This document shows, one piece after another, positions 1 to 14,609 of a DNA stretch of 64,000 bases; within the stretch, counting starts at the first letter, position 1; every line of letters begins with the position of its first letter. Source of the stretch: Octopus vulgaris (lineage: Eukaryota). The translations under genes and the position numbers were made by a program. The stretch covers positions 26,908,001 to 26,972,000 of the forward strand of contig OX597831.1 in the NCBI GenBank assembly GCA_951406725.2, in the 5' to 3' direction. The notes beneath the pieces were generated by a model. That model saw nothing but the letters and a program-made list of their open reading frames with translations. It ran no database searches and was not told where the DNA came from.

Positions 1-1085
1 ACAATGTTGTTAGGACAGTGTAGTTATGACAGTTTTGTAGCAGTGTTGTCAGGAGAGTGTTGTTATGACAATGCTGTAGCAGTGTAATTAGGACAGTGTT
101 GCGTTGCTAGAACAACTTCGTAGTGGTCAAAGTAGGACTGTTGTTAGGCTGATGTTGTCCTAGTGTTCAGCTGTGGGTGTACTCATGTCCTAGAATGTAT
201 GAGAGGAATGATAGTCCTGACATAGTATTGACTGAGCTTTTTAGTTGTGACAATTATACAAACTCCTGCTGGTCTTTAATTGAGTTAAAAAGAGCAGGGG
301 CTGAGGAATGCAGTCAGGGTTTGTGTGACACAAAACGGTAAATACAAAGATATTGTTAAGTAAGAATTAAATTAGGACCATCAGATTTATGTACAAGGTT
401 TTTTTTTTTTTTTAGAAAAATATGAATTAATATATGAATTAATAATTATGGTGATGTCGTCTGTGGGAGGAGATTTAGCACCAGGCTTAATAATTATTTT
501 AGTTTTGATTTTCTCAATTCTGATTTTCCTCACTATTACCATTTTTTCCCACCACCACAAAAACCTAGACCACCACCACCAACGCCGCTACCTCCGCCAT
601 CACCTCCACCACCATAACCACTGTAACAAACAACGACGGCAGTCGCCACCATCGTGTCGCAATCACTACGATAGCATCTTCTACTACTACTACTACTACC
701 ACCACCACCACCACTACTACTACCACCACCACCGCCACTACTACTACTACCACTACCACTACTACTACTACCACCAAGACACTAGGATGTTACGACCAGC
801 GCCACAATCATAACCACAGCCAACACTGCCGCCACCACAACTAACACCACAACAACAACAACAACCACAACTACCATCAAGACTCCAAGGTGTCACCACC
901 ACTATGACATGCACCTAGAAACCACCATCATTATCCACATTACTATCACAAACCATCACCACCACCACCACCACAACTACCGAGCCACCATCACTATGAC
1001 AACAATGACACCATTACCGACATCATGACATCACCACTATCAACGCTACCGCCACATTACTACAAACACCGCGATCACCGTCGCA

Positions 1086-2130
1086 ACTCCATCACCACCA
1101 CCATCATCACCACCGCCATCACCACCACCGCCATCATCACCACCACCATCATCACCACCACCATCATCACCACCACCATCATCACCACCACCATCATCAC
1201 CACCGCCAGCATCACCACCGCCATCATCACCACCGCCATCATCACCACCACCATCATCACCACCGCCATCATCACCACCGCCATCATCACCACCGCCATC
1301 ATCACCACCACCATCATCACCACCACCATCATCACCACCACCATCATCACCACCACCATCATCACCACCGCCATCATCACCACCACCATCATCACCACCA
1401 CCATCATCACCACCGCCATCATCACCACCACCATCATCACCACCACCATCATCACCACCGCCATCATCACCACCACCATCATCACCACCACCGCCATCAT
1501 CACCACCACCATCATCACCACCACCATCATCACCACCGCCATCATCACCACCACCATCATCACCACCACCATCATCTCCACCGCCATCATCACCACCACC
1601 ATCATCACCACCACCGCCATCATCACCACCACCATCATCACCACCACCATCATCACCACCGCCATCATCACCACCACCATCATCACCACCACCATCATCA
1701 CCACCGCCATCATCACCACCGCCATCATCACCACCACCATCATCACCACCGCCATCATCACCACCACCATCATCACCACCACCATCATCACCACCGCCAT
1801 CATCACCACCGCCATCATCACCACCACCATCATCACCATCACCATCATCACCACCATCATCACCACCACCATCATCACCACCACCGTCATCACCACCGCC
1901 GTCATCACCACCGCCATCATCACCACCACCATCATCACCACCACCATCATCACCACCGCCATCATCACCACCGCCATCATCACCACCACCATCATCACCA
2001 CCACCATCATCACCACCACCATCATCATCACCACCATCATCACCACCGCCATCATCACCACCGCCATCATCACCACCACCATCATCACCACCACCATCAT
2101 CACCACCACCATCATCACCACCGCCATCAC
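1086..2130. repeat. ~1 kb CAC/CAT-based array with a 15-bp higher-order unit (ccatcatcaccaccr)
   Basis: Direct reading shows about 70 units with acc/gcc variation. It explains the stop-free ORFs in three frames (poly-IITTT, poly-GGGDD, poly-VVVMM). Confidence 0.95.
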
Positions 2131-3134
2131 TGCCACTATCACTACTGCCGCCCTCAATCGTACCAACGGTTAGCAACTCAGGCTTATGGTATTTCATCAG
2201 CCCTACAAGTGCACATTATTGGTGATCAATAAGCAATTATTGGAGATCTCTATAGTAATTATTGAAAATCAGGATACCGATTCCCTAATCACTAATTTTG
2301 AAGAAGTATATGTTTCGCTGTGGAGGTCTAATAAGATCGAAGCATGTATTGGGTTATTGCCCGTGCCTAAATCACCTTTAATTGTACGTCATTGAGTCAC
2401 TTACTCGGCCCTACGAATATGAGATCGTAGGTTCGATTCCTAAACCAGTGTATTGTTGAATTTTGGAGCAAGGCACCTTATTACTTGTCTCCGGTTTATT
2501 CCGTTGAAAACTAGTACCAACTAAATGTTCGCTATGACATAGGTTCCTAAACCAAATTTAAAGAGTGTGGGACACGTTACCAAGTCCTACTCACTTCCGA
2601 GAGACGGTTGTGATTATTGGTAGTGGTTAAGATGGCGGTGGTGATAGTGTGCTGGTGATGCTGCTGGTGAAAGTGGCGGTGGTGGTGGTGGTGGTGGTGG
2701 TGGTGGTGATGCTGCTGCTATGAAGGTAGAGGTAGTGGCGGTGGTACTGCTGTTGTTGTTGTTGGTGGTGGTGCTCACAGACCAGCCTTCATTGAATAAA
2801 TCTATGAAATAAAGGCTCTTCAGATGTGACCATCCCACTTGTTTTTAAGACATAATATATTTAGAAACTACATTAATCTAATCATTTCTTCCTTGTTTAA
2901 GAATGTTAAACAATGAAGAAATGAGGTATTGGTTGCTATTCCTAGCAGATCGAGTAATCGTGTTGTTGGGTGGTAACTGAAAATGGATGACCATTGACGT
3001 CATTAAAAGATAAAGAATGTCTGCGAAACACAAGAGAAAGAGATGTCACTGGAGAGACTTCTATTCAAAAGCACCGGTTCGTTAAGTCCTTCTAAATTAC
3101 ACATACTGGTGAACAGTATATGTATTCTTGTATT

Positions 3135-3347
3135 CTTTTATTCTTTTACTCGTTTCATTCATTTGACCGCGGCCATGCTGGAGCACCGCCCTTAGTCGAA
3201 CAAATCGATGCCAGGACTTAATATTTGTCGGTCTCTTTTGCCGACTTATTCTGTCGGTCTCTTTCGCCGAACCGCTAGCTTACGGGAACATACACACACC
3301 AACATCGGTTGTCAAGCGATGGAAGGGGGACAAACACAAAGACACAC

Positions 3348-3407
<60 letters not shown>

Positions 3408-3560
3408 GACGGGCTTCTTTCAGTTTCCGTCTACCAGATCCACTCACAAAGCTTTGGTCGGCTCGAGGTTATAGTAGTAGACACTTGCCCAAGGAGCCAT
3501 ACTGTAGGACCGAACCCGGAACCATGTGGTTAGGAAGCAAGCTTCTTATCACATGGCCTA
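3135..3560 (-). mobile_element. tRNA-derived SINE, family A, with internal (TA)n
   Basis: Reverse complement matches the family A copy at 34219, including the B-box ggttcggtcc, the core gccttgtgagtggatttggtagacggaaactgaaagaag and the tail ggcggtgctccagcatggccgc...aaaaga. Confidence 0.9.
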
Positions 3561-3905
3561 CATGTGGCTATAGGATAAGGATTTTGCTTCCCAACCACAT
3601 GGTTTTAGGTTCAGTCCCACTGCGTGGGGCCTTGGGCGAGTGTCTTCTACTATAGTCTCGGGCTGAACAAAGCTTTGTGAGTGGATTTGGTAGACGAAAA
3701 CTGAAAGAAGCCCCTAGTACATATATAAGTCTCTGTATGTGTATGTGTGCGTGCGTGCGTGCGCATTCGTGTATATGTGTGTCCTTGTGACTTGCTTGTC
3801 CACCACTACCACTTGACAATTGGTGTTGGTTCGTTTATGTCCCCACAACTTAGGTATTCGGCAAAGAGAACGATATAATAAATACAATGGTTTAAAATAG
3901 TTACT
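3561..3905 (+). mobile_element. SINE family A, 3'-truncated, head-to-head with the preceding copy
   Basis: ccaaccacatggttttaggttcagtcccactgcgtgg...gagtggatttggtagacgaaaactgaaagaag. Confidence 0.85.
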
Positions 3906-3959
3906 GGCGTCCATTACGTAAAGCTTCCTTCGTTGAAACACTGTTTATCGTAACACGGA

Positions 3960-3999
<40 letters not shown>

Positions 4000-4689
4000 G
4001 TATGCTTGTGTGTGTGTATATATATATGTGTATATATGTATATGTACACACATTTACACACAAATACACACGCACGCACAACACACACACACACATATAT
4101 ATTCATGTATGTATACATATTCTTTTCATATCATTTCCTTCAGAAAGCGAGGCATTTACCACAAAGGAATCCAATAAATATATTAACTTAATTAAATGAT
4201 AGTTAAAATTGTAATTAAATTCATTATGATGACTGTATTATATAAGAAGAGTGATAGAAATTGCAGAATCTCATCTCTAATACACGAAAGAGCCAACCCA
4301 ACTCCAATACAGTTGCCCTTAACCATCGAGCAAAATAATCACATGCTCAGAGCATCAATGGGAGAGAGGTACCCCAGAAATAGTAAATGGTTTACGGTAC
4401 AAAAGAAATCGCTTAAACTTGCTAAAATAATATTCGAAGTGGTTTGTATGATCGGTGTATAGTTTGGAAGTGTTCATGATGTCATAGTGAGGATCTGATC
4501 AAAGATTTTGTAATTAAAAAGAGAAAACGTTTCAAATATAAATAAAGTGGAATTTTATACAAAGGTAAATATTATTCTCCATCTTACTTTTAACGTTGTT
4601 TCAAATAAACGTTGTTTTGTATTTTAATGTAAGTTTTTATTTCATTTTGAAAACTAAAAAATATATATTTTGTAGTTTATTATTGTTTT

Positions 4690-5267
4690 CTTTTATTCTT
4701 TTACTTGTTTCACTCATTTGATTGCGGCCATGCTGGAGCACCACCTTATTCTTTGTAAGCTTAGTACGTAGTCTATCGGTGTCTATTTGCTGAACCGCTA
4801 GATTACGAGGACGTAAACACACCAATATCGGTTGTCAAGTGATGGACGGGGAACAAACACAGAAACACAAATATATACATACATACATACATACATACAT
4901 GCATGCATCCATACATACATACATACATACATACATACATACATACCTATCTACCTACCTACCTACCTACCTACATACATACAAACATACCTACATACAT
5001 ACATACATACCTACCTACCTACATACATACATACATACATACATACATACATACATACATACGTACGTACATACATACATACATACATTACATACATACA
5101 TACACGACGAGCTTGTTTCTGTTTCCATCTATCAAATCCTCTCACAAGGCTTTGGTCGACCCAAGGCTATAATAGAAGTCACTTACCCAAGGTACTACGT
5201 CGTGGGACTGAACCCAGAACTATGTGGTTGGGAAGCAAGCTTCTTACCACAAAGCCACTCCTGCGCC
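4690..5267 (-). mobile_element. SINE family A with expanded internal (CATA)n
   Basis: Both halves of family A flank a ~230-bp tetranucleotide tract. Confidence 0.88.
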
Positions 5268-5286
5268 TATGTTTATATTTTGAATT

Positions 5287-5592
5287 ACTCAGTGGTTAGG
5301 ATATTCACCTCGTAAGGTCGTGAGTTCGATGCTTGGCAGCGCATTGTTTCCTTGAGCAAGAAAATTAGTTTTCTTGTTGCCACAGTCCACTCAGCTGGCA
5401 AAAATGACAGTACTTGTAATTGAAATGACCAGCTTTGTCACATCCCGTGTCACGCTGAATTTCCCTACGAACCACATTAAGGACACGCGTGTCTGTGGAG
5501 TGCTCAGCCACTTGCAAGTTCATTTTAACGAGCAGGCTGTTCCATTGATCGGATCAACTGAACCACTATCGTCGCATCCGACGGAGTGCCAG
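5287..5592 (+). mobile_element. tRNA-derived SINE, head type D, with a distinct 3' body
   Basis: Has A-box-like actcagtggttagg and B-box-like gagttcgatgc, then ccttgagcaag...cagtccactcagctggcaaaaatga. The same head occurs at 33073. Confidence 0.7.
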
Positions 5593-5718
5593 TTCTTCAA
5601 AATTCTGATTTTTATATATATGGGGACACCAAAATCTTTTAAGTGCTTCGGGTTTCTATTGGTCTTAATTTGACCCTGTCTCCACTCAGGTTTATTGGCC
5701 AAATACGAAGCTATGGTA

Positions 5719-6489
5719 CAAGGGATCTCTTCAGTTTCGCTCACATATTTTGTAATTACTTTTTTTTTAACTGAACAGTTTGAAACTTTGTATACTGGTG
5801 TAATTTCTCACGCTGAACACTGTTTACTTTCAACATTTTTGACAAAATTTCGTATTTTAGAAGTTATTTCGTGTTAAACTTGTCGTATTTGGGTAATTTT
5901 AACCAATCAACGACGTTTATTCAGCTGAAGAAAGCTACCGTTGTATGCGATAGTAATCGAAGAGCAACAACTTCCGGTACATCTCTACTAAATGACACCA
6001 CTCTGTTCTATTTTATTTTTGTTTACTGGCTGTGTTGCATATTACACGCTTTGTTTTTGTGGGGTGGGCGAGGTTGGGTTTTTTTTTTTTTCGATCGCAT
6101 CTTCGTACATTTGCATTTTCACCACTCGTACAAAGAGGCGATCGAAAAGCAAAACAAAAAGCGTGTAATATGCAACACAGGCAGTAAACAAAAATAAAAT
6201 AGAACACAGTCGTGACATTTAGTACAGATGACCCGGAAGTTGTTGCTCTCCGATTAATATCGCATATAGCAGTAGCTTTCTTCAGCTGAATACACGTCCT
6301 TGATTGGTTAAAATTACTCAAATACGACAACTTTAGCACGAAATAACTTCTAAAATACGAAATTTTGTCAAAAATGTTAAAAATAAACCGTGTTCAGCGT
6401 GAGAAATTACACCAGTATACGAAGTTTCAAATTGTTTAGTTAAAAAAACTTAATTTTTAAAATCTGTAAGAGAAACTGAAGAGACCCGG
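5719..6489. mobile_element. Fold-back MITE (~770 bp, arms ~340 bp), TA-flanked, Tc1/mariner-type termini
   Basis: Left arm gggatctcttcagtttc...ttacacgc is the imperfect reverse complement of right arm gcgtgtaa...gaaactgaagagaccc. TA lies at 5717-5718 and 6490-6491. Confidence 0.9.
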
Positions 6490-6788
6490 TAGAAGATCTC
6501 TACCCAATGTGCTGGTTAATCGGATCAAACCTTCAACGACGTGGCTACGAAGCGTGTATCATAACCACACGACCACGTCTTCTTCATTGTAAATGTTAGT
6601 GTAATTAAGTTCATGTCTATAGATTTTGTACATGGATTATGTACGGACATACATAGACATGCGCACGCATACTACGTATGTGTCTATGTCTATCCATATG
6701 TATATACATCTCTCTTTCTCTTTCTTTTTCTCTCACTCTCTCTCTCTCTTCCTCTTAATCTCTTATTCTCACAGTATAACTTCCTCTC

Positions 6789-6825
<37 letters not shown>

Positions 6826-6924
6826 TGCGCTTATGTTATTGTCTCTCCTCTTATTCTCTACGTCACTACCTCTCTCTCTCCAGCCCATTCCCCAACTCAT
6901 CCTTCCTCTCTCTCATTTTTCTTA

Positions 6925-6988
<64 letters not shown>

Positions 6989-7257
6989 CCGCCTCTTTGA
7001 CATTTCCATTAGTACAAAATCTCGACCGCTTTGTTCCTGACATCCAGTAAGACAATGAAATGTCAGCACGATCCTGTCCACTCAGATGACCAACCAACAA
7101 ACCAACCAACCAACCAACCAACCGACCAGCCAACCGATCGACCAACCGACCAACCAACCGACCGACCGACCAACCGACCAATCAACGAGCTAAGCAGCCA
7201 GCCAACCCACGTAAATGGCCGTTAAGCAGTTGCACGATTTGCTAGGAGTAGTAACCG

Positions 7258-7390
<133 letters not shown>

Positions 7391-7999
7391 TTCAAACCAC
7401 ACCCATCATTCTTTAACCAATCAGCCAGCCCACCAGCTATCTTCCACATCCATCCCAATCAGTTGTCAGCCAGCTTTCATCATCCCTTAATTTATAATCA
7501 CCGAAAACCACTACTATTATTAACCCCTCCAACTCCACCACCACCACCACCATCACCACCACCATCACCACCACCATCACACTTCCATTACCAACACCAT
7601 CATCACCACCACTAGTACCACCAGCCTCATACGTCATCACATCTTCATCACACCGCCATCACACCCTCATCACCTCTACTTCTATCATCCTCCTCCCTAC
7701 TAATTGTTGGTATTTAGGAATATTTTTTCTTATATATTGTCACGCTGACCTGGTACTGAGCAACAACAATGACATCAAAGCCAAACTGTGTCTCTTCCTC
7801 AACAAAGTGCATATAAGACAGTACGCTATACATCATAAGAGGTTGTACACAGATCACACTTCCACAACACCTGTGCTGTGAAACTAAAATACAAAATAAA
7901 CTAGTATGTCCATTTGGACATACTAAGGGCAAAGTTTGTTGCCGCAGTAAACTCAGCCCCCACACTTCTTGTTACTACACATTTAATTACCACCAAATT

Positions 8000-8650
8000 A
8001 CCCACTACTACAACACCATCCTAACAACACTGTTTCTTCCACTGATTCCAGACCCCAACTCAAAACCTCACAATACCATCTTTTTTATTTATTTATGCGC
8101 CCTTTTCAAGCCTAGCCAGGCTCATGGGCCCGGTTTCCCGGTTTCTATAGCGTATGTGTCCCCCACCCAGCTGGACGGGACGCCAGTCTATCGCAGCGTT
8201 ACTCAAGAAACAGGAAGAAAGAGTGAGAAAAAGTTCGGGTGAAAGAGCACAACAGGGGTCGCCACCCCCACCCCCCTGCCGGAGCCTCGTGGAGCTTTTT
8301 GGTGTTTTCGCTCAATAAACACACACAACGCCTGGTCTGGGAATCGAAACCGCGAACCTCCGACCACGAGTCCGCTGCCCTAACCACTGGGCCATTGCGC
8401 CTCCACCAACACCATCCAAACAACACTATTTTTCCCTTTCATTCCAGATCCCAACACAACAGCTCACAACACTACAACACCATCCTAACAACATGAACTC
8501 TCCCATTCATTTAAACATTGCTACAAACTCCTCAGAACACTACAACACCATCCTAACAACATCTCTTCTAGTCAGTCCAGACACTTCAACAACACTTCAC
8601 AACTTTACAACAGCACCCAAACAACTCTATCTCTCTTCCCTCTCTGTCCA
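8000..8650. repeat. Degenerate ~65-bp minisatellite (caacaccatcctaacaaca... unit) interrupted by a SINE
   Basis: The motif recurs at about 8010, 8407, 8476 and 8543. A similar motif on the opposite strand occurs at 1-170. Confidence 0.6.
8085..8404 (-). mobile_element. tRNA-derived SINE, head C with V-domain-like tail
   Basis: Reverse complement reads ggaggcgcaatggcccagtggttagggcagcgg...ggtttcgattccc, with tail gctgcgatagactggcgtcccgtccagctggg...aaaagggcgcataaa. Confidence 0.9.
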
Positions 8651-8682
8651 GTCAAACATTAAAGCATAAATATACATAATAT

Positions 8683-8910
8683 ATTTCTTTACTGCTCACA
8701 AGGGGCTAAACATAGAGGGGACAAACAAGGAAAGACAAAGGGATTAATTCGATTACATCGACCCCAGTGCGAAACTGGTACTTTATTTATCAACCCCGAA
8801 AGGATGAAAGGCAAAGTCGACCTCGGCGGAATTTGAACTTGGAAGGTAACGACAGACGAATTACCGCTAAGCATTTCGCCCGGCGTGCTAACGTGTCTGC
8901 CAGCTCGCCG
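8683..8910 (-). mobile_element. SINE family B
   Basis: Reverse complement reads ggcgagctggcagacacgttagcacgccgggcg...gttcaaattccgccgaggtcgactttgcctttcatcctttcgggg. Confidence 0.9.
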
Positions 8911-9013
8911 CAATAGTTGCAATTCCATCAAAGATAAGTGTAGGAGAAACAATGACTTGCTGTTTTCTGACCTGGTCAGAATGTCATTATAGAATTTATT
9001 AATGAACAAGCAG

Positions 9014-9515
9014 AAGGATCCGGTTTCACTCGGGGGTTAAATATTTCGGGTGAAATAATTTTTTTTTGTACGAGTTTTTTCGAGTGCATTCAACGTATAT
9101 GACTCCAAACCCGCTGTAAACCACATTTTCCGGAAAAGAAAGGAGTGGAAAGGTGGTGTGACCTCGGAGTTTCCCCACCAACGGAGTTTTGTTTCGCGGG
9201 CTTTTGTTTTTCTTTTCCAGGTTATTTACATACTTTCAACGAATGGGGAGATCGAATTCATGTAAACGGCTCCTTTTCCCCAACAAAAGGAAAGATTTGG
9301 CTGCTATTTGTAGCACGACTTACTGTCACGGAACAGTTTATTTGCGATAAAGGACCCGCCGATATTTCGCTGTGAAATAATTTTTTTACCTCGTCCCCCT
9401 TTCTTTTCGGAAAAAAAAGTGGCATGCGGCGGATTTGGAGGTCAGATACGTTGAATGCACTCGAAAAAAACCTGTGCAAAAAATTATTTCACACTAGAGG
9501 TACGAATGGGTCCTT
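9014..9515. mobile_element. MITE with ~130-bp imperfect terminal inverted repeats
   Basis: gtgaaataatttttt...ttcgagtgcattcaacgtat is mirrored by atacgttgaatgcactcgaa...aaattatttcac. Termini are aaggatcc / gggtcctt. The superfamily is not established. Confidence 0.75.
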
Positions 9516-10049
9516 TACGAAATATTTACCTATAATTATTTATTGATACACAAATACACCGTTACAAAAGATTGTGAACAATGAAAGTAGCTGTAATAAT
9601 TTTTTTGGTACCAGACTTCGTTACAACGTGGTTATTTACTGACACACAAATACATTGGTACAGCGATTTTTTTGTTTGACCCTTCAGCCTTTCTAACATT
9701 TTGTTGTTATTTGTTGGTGTACACAAAGACACCGATACAGAAGACTGTAAGCAATGAAAGTAGCTGTAATAATGCGTTTGGTACCAGACATCATTACAAT
9801 GGTAAACGGTCGATTTTTGACTTTCATCCTTTCGGGGTCGTTAAAATAAGTACCATTTGAGCACTGAGGTCATTTAAGCAACTTACCCCCACTCCGCCCT
9901 CAAATTGCTGGCATTGTGCCAGAATTTGAAACCATTGTATAAATAACGTAATGCTTATGCCACCTATTTTGTGGCCAATACTAGAACTCACTGGAACAGA
10001 TGACCCGCCCCCCGCCCACTTCCACTCCGCCTCCTGGTTCTTGGCAAAA

Positions 10050-10280
10050 CGAGCTGGCAAAAACGTTAGCACGCCGGGCGAAATGCTTTGCGGTATTTTC
10101 GTCTGCCGTTACGTTCTGAGTTCAAATTCCGCCGAGGTCGACTTTGCCTTTCATCCTTTCGGGGTCGATAAACTAAGTACTAGTTACGCACTGGGGTCGA
10201 TATAATCGACTTAATCCGTTTGTCTGTCCTTGTTTGTCCTCTCTGTGTTTAGTCCCTTGTGGGTAGTAAAAAAATAGGTA
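10050..10280 (+). mobile_element. SINE family B, full length (other copies at 9805, 37913, 38133, 44380, 51030-51630, 54545-55120, 60660 minus, 61035 minus)
   Basis: Contains the tRNA-like head with gagttcaaattcc and the core gtcgactttgcctttcatcctttcggggtcgataaa. Confidence 0.9.
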
Positions 10281-10554
10281 TACACTTGGTTTCAAAGCAA
10301 TTGGATTAGATCTGATTTGAAAGCGATTTCTCTTTACCCGACAAATCACTGAGGACTTAGAAAAAATCCATAAACGCCGTAGTTTCCTCTCTGACTAAAC
10401 ACTTAAGAAATACTCCATTACACTCCATAGTCATAAACTGCAGCTTAACGGAGTTTATTAAACAGTATTTCACTATGCAGGAGAATACGTATATCTTGGA
10501 GTATAGACCTACAAAATCAGACTTTACTTATTTTGCCGACAAATTATGTATACG

Positions 10555-10815
10555 TAGGAGTAGCTGTGTAGTAAGTAGCTTGCTTACGAACCACATGGTT
10601 CAGGGTTAAGTCCCACTGCGTGGCACCTTGGACAAATGTCTTCTGTAGCCTCGGGACAACTAAAGCCTTATGAGTGGATTTGGTAGACGGAAACTGAAAG
10701 AAGCCCGTCGGTCGTAACTTCAACCGTGTTTTTTCTGTTGTGATTTTTGCTACCCAGGTATCGGTTAAATTTTGAATAATCCGTAACAAGATAATTCATT
10801 TATCCATTTCAATAA

Positions 10816-10875
<60 letters not shown>

Positions 10876-11080
10876 TTGTGTGTCTGTGTTTGTCCCCCCA
10901 ACATCGCATGACAACCGATGATGGTGTGTTTACGCCTCCGTAACTTAGCGGTTCGGCAAAAGGGACGACCGATAGAATAATTACTACGCTTACAAAGAAT
11001 AAGTCCCAGAGTCGATTTGCTCGATTAAAGGCGGTGCTCCAGCATGGCCACAGTCAAATGACTGAAACAAGTAAAAGAGA
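10555..11080 (+). mobile_element. SINE family A with an internal insertion and microsatellite
   Basis: Both family A halves are present, separated by about 100 bp of extra sequence plus (TA)n(TG)n. Confidence 0.85.
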
Positions 11081-11676
11081 TACTGGACAAAAGAATTTGG
11101 CCGTTATAGAAACGATAGAGTAAGGCTACCTAGCACGGCTGAGAATCACTTGTTGTTCTTGTTCTTGTTCTTACTGTTAATGTTATTCTTGTCATTGATG
11201 TTGTTGTTGCTGCTGTTGCCGCTGCCGCTGCTGCTGCTGCTGCTGGTGTTCGATAAATCACAAGTCAGACCTCTAGTCAGACACCTTGAAGCCAAAACCA
11301 TTCTCCAGACTTCTTTCATTAGTTTCAGGAATAGTATAACTAGGACTACATTCAACCAATGTGTTATTCATTTCAAATATCAAACCATGTTTCGAGGGAG
11401 AGATATGGTTATTATTTGAAGCAGCATGGGAAACGAAGCAGAGGATCTCACATGTAGCTAAGGGTCCTTGAGTAGCGATACTGATGGCGGTTGGGGAAGT
11501 GGCAGATCAGATCTGGCTAAGTAAGAAGTTCTCTTCGCAACCATGACGTTCCTGGTTCGACTTCACGTCACCTCTGAATGAAAACGGACAGAAGTAAATT
11601 GGGTTTCGGACCGTCAAATGGTCAACAGCTGTAAATCAATATTCTTTGCCCTTATCCCACAATGTCACGCTAGTTA

Positions 11677-11788
<112 letters not shown>

Positions 11789-11829
11789 CATCGTCATCAT
11801 CATTATTATCATTATCATTATCATTATTA

Positions 11830-11891
<62 letters not shown>

Positions 11892-12238
11892 TGAGATTAT
11901 GTTAAAAGTACACGTCTGTGCAATATTCAGCCATTTCGACATTTCACCATGGTTGGTGGTGCTGGTGATGATGATAATGATGATGATGTGGATGATGATA
12001 ATGATGATGTTGGTGGCTGTGGTGGTGGTGGTGGCAGCGGCGGTGGTGTATGGTCGTGCTGGAGGCGGCATGTCTCTATCTATTGGACATGTCTAATAAG
12101 GTGGACAGGAAAAACATGTAAATGACATTTCCAGTCAGAACCAGTGGTGGATTAGCAGCTGCTGCTTCTTCATATATATATTCTTATGTGTGTGTGTGTG
12201 TGTGTGTTTATATATAAACATATATATATATGTATATA

Positions 12239-12342
<104 letters not shown>

Positions 12343-12600
12343 CACACACACACACACTCACATACATACAGAGGCTTACATATGTATACATAGACACATA
12401 CAGGCAGGCATAGATACTGACCTACACATACACCCACACATGCTTTGATGCGTTTGTATTCTTCTTCTCCTCCTCCCCTTCTTTTTTGTCTTCTTCTTCT
12501 TCTTCTTCTTCTTCTTCTTCGTGGATTGATGGATGGTGGATGTAATATTGAACATTTCTGTGTTTACAGTCGATGTAAAGCCTACTCAATAAACAGGAGA

Positions 12601-12686
<86 letters not shown>

Positions 12687-14061
12687 TGCATTAGTCTCAA
12701 AATACGTCACAAACTCATCTGGAGAAACTGATATATTCATGCAACCGTGTGCTAAAATCGCATAATTTTATCATGTGTGACACCCTTATGTTGTGTGTTC
12801 TAAACATATGAAACTAAAAACACGAAAATGTCAAGTATTTTGCACGTGAATGGATGAGTATATCACGTGTTTTATGTAATTCAATGTGCATGTGTAAACG
12901 TGTAAAGCATTTAATAACAGGCTTTAGCTACCAAGCAAACATAACGATTGATTATATTTTATAAATATTTTTGTTTATATTTTGTCACGCTACTTCCTCG
13001 CTGCAATGATTTAATTAATCGGTGACACAACTTTGATTTATGATTCAAGAGAACTTAGATTCCAATAAAAGATAAACTACGCTAACGTAATTTATAATGT
13101 ACTCCTGTGGAATGCGTTTGTGTCTTATTACAGAGGCGTGGATGCATGGTAAGTTTACTTCTCAACGACATAATTTTGGATTCAGTTCCACAAGGGGGTC
13201 ATCTTGAGCAAATGAATTCTCGAGCCGACTAAGGCTCTCGGAGAAGATTTGATTGACGGAAACTGAAAGAAGCCTGTCGTACATGTGTGAGTGTGTGCAT
13301 ATGTGTGTGTGATTTTGTGTCTGGTTGTTCTCCACTAATACTTGATACCCGATCTTGGTGTGTTTACGTCCCCATAACTTAGCGGTTGGGTAAAAGACAT
13401 CAGTTGAATGCGTACAAGGCTTTGCAATAATAAGTACTGGGGTTCATTCCTTCGACTAGAATTCTTCAAGACTGCTCCAGCTTGGCCACATGGCTGAAAC
13501 AAGTAAAACATAAACGATAAAAGATACAAATGTGCCCACTCACACACACACGTGCATACTCACACATACACACACACAAATTGAGATACACTTACACGCA
13601 CAAACACACACACACACACTCACATACAATCACACACTCACTCCCATACACATATTTTATGTCTTATTTTTAAAGTCATGTATCTATTTTAGCGTTCACT
13701 TTTGCTGAACCGCGATTTACGGCAACGTAAACAAACCATGTGGTAGTGGTGAATAAACACACACACACACACATATACATATATAATCAACCTTAACCGG
13801 CTGATTTCATGCTGATAAAATCTAATATAGATTTTATCTTTAATTTTTAAAATATATTAAAAATATATAATTTCACTCAAATCAAAATTATTCACTACTG
13901 AATTATTTGGTTATTAACACGTGGCCGAATTAAACGAAACCAGATTTGAAAATTTTTATTCTGTATATAAGTGCAAACAGTGTGTATTTGCGCTGTGGAG
14001 CCGTTCCGCTTCATGAGTATGTATATTGTTCGTATTTATATGCATTGATTGGGTTATATTA

Positions 14062-14609
14062 TTGGGTTGTCCGGAAAGTTCGTGCCGATTTTTAAAGGAA
14101 AGAAACGGATCAATAAATACTTGCCATTACATTTTTAATCAACCAAATATGAACCATTTTGTTGCACAATGCGTCTCCATCTTTCCTTTAACTTGAAAAT
14201 ACCCTCTTCCCAGAATTGAGGGGGTTTCAAGGAAAAGAATTCGTCAAGGTATCTTTTTACGTCATCCAAGGAATTGAAATTTTTACCATTAAGACTAAAG
14301 TGGAAATCCGAAGGAGCAATATCCGGTAAATACGGAGGGTGGGGTAACACATCCCAGCCGAGCTGCAGCAATTTTTGTCTGGTTCCCAAAGCATCAAGTG
14401 CCGAAAATGAACATTCTTATCTTCCATTTTAAAGGGTTACAGAATTAACACAGGTTATAAGAACATAAACCTTCTTCCACGAAAAGACAGCTTAAACTGT
14501 ACTCTAAATGGATGTGTAGTCAAATCCTATTTTCTGGACTCAACCATGTTCTAAAATAAGTCGAAAGGTAATCTACTATAAATCTGCATGAACTTTCCGG
14601 ACAACCCAA
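14062..14609 (-). mobile_element. Internally deleted mariner (548 bp) with TA target duplication
   Basis: TIRs are ttgggttgtccggaaagttc / gaactttccggacaacccaa, with TA on both sides. The minus ORF has WDVLPHPPYLPDIAPSDFH...EEGIFKLKERW, the YSPDLAPxD region of mariner transposase. Confidence 0.95.

Noticed and set aside
1025-2197. 382-383 aa ORFs (poly-IITTT mucin-like; poly-GGGDD resembling acidic biomineral proteins)
   Set aside because: Three frames are open simply because the CAC/CAT repeat lacks stops. There is no signal peptide and no non-repetitive domain.
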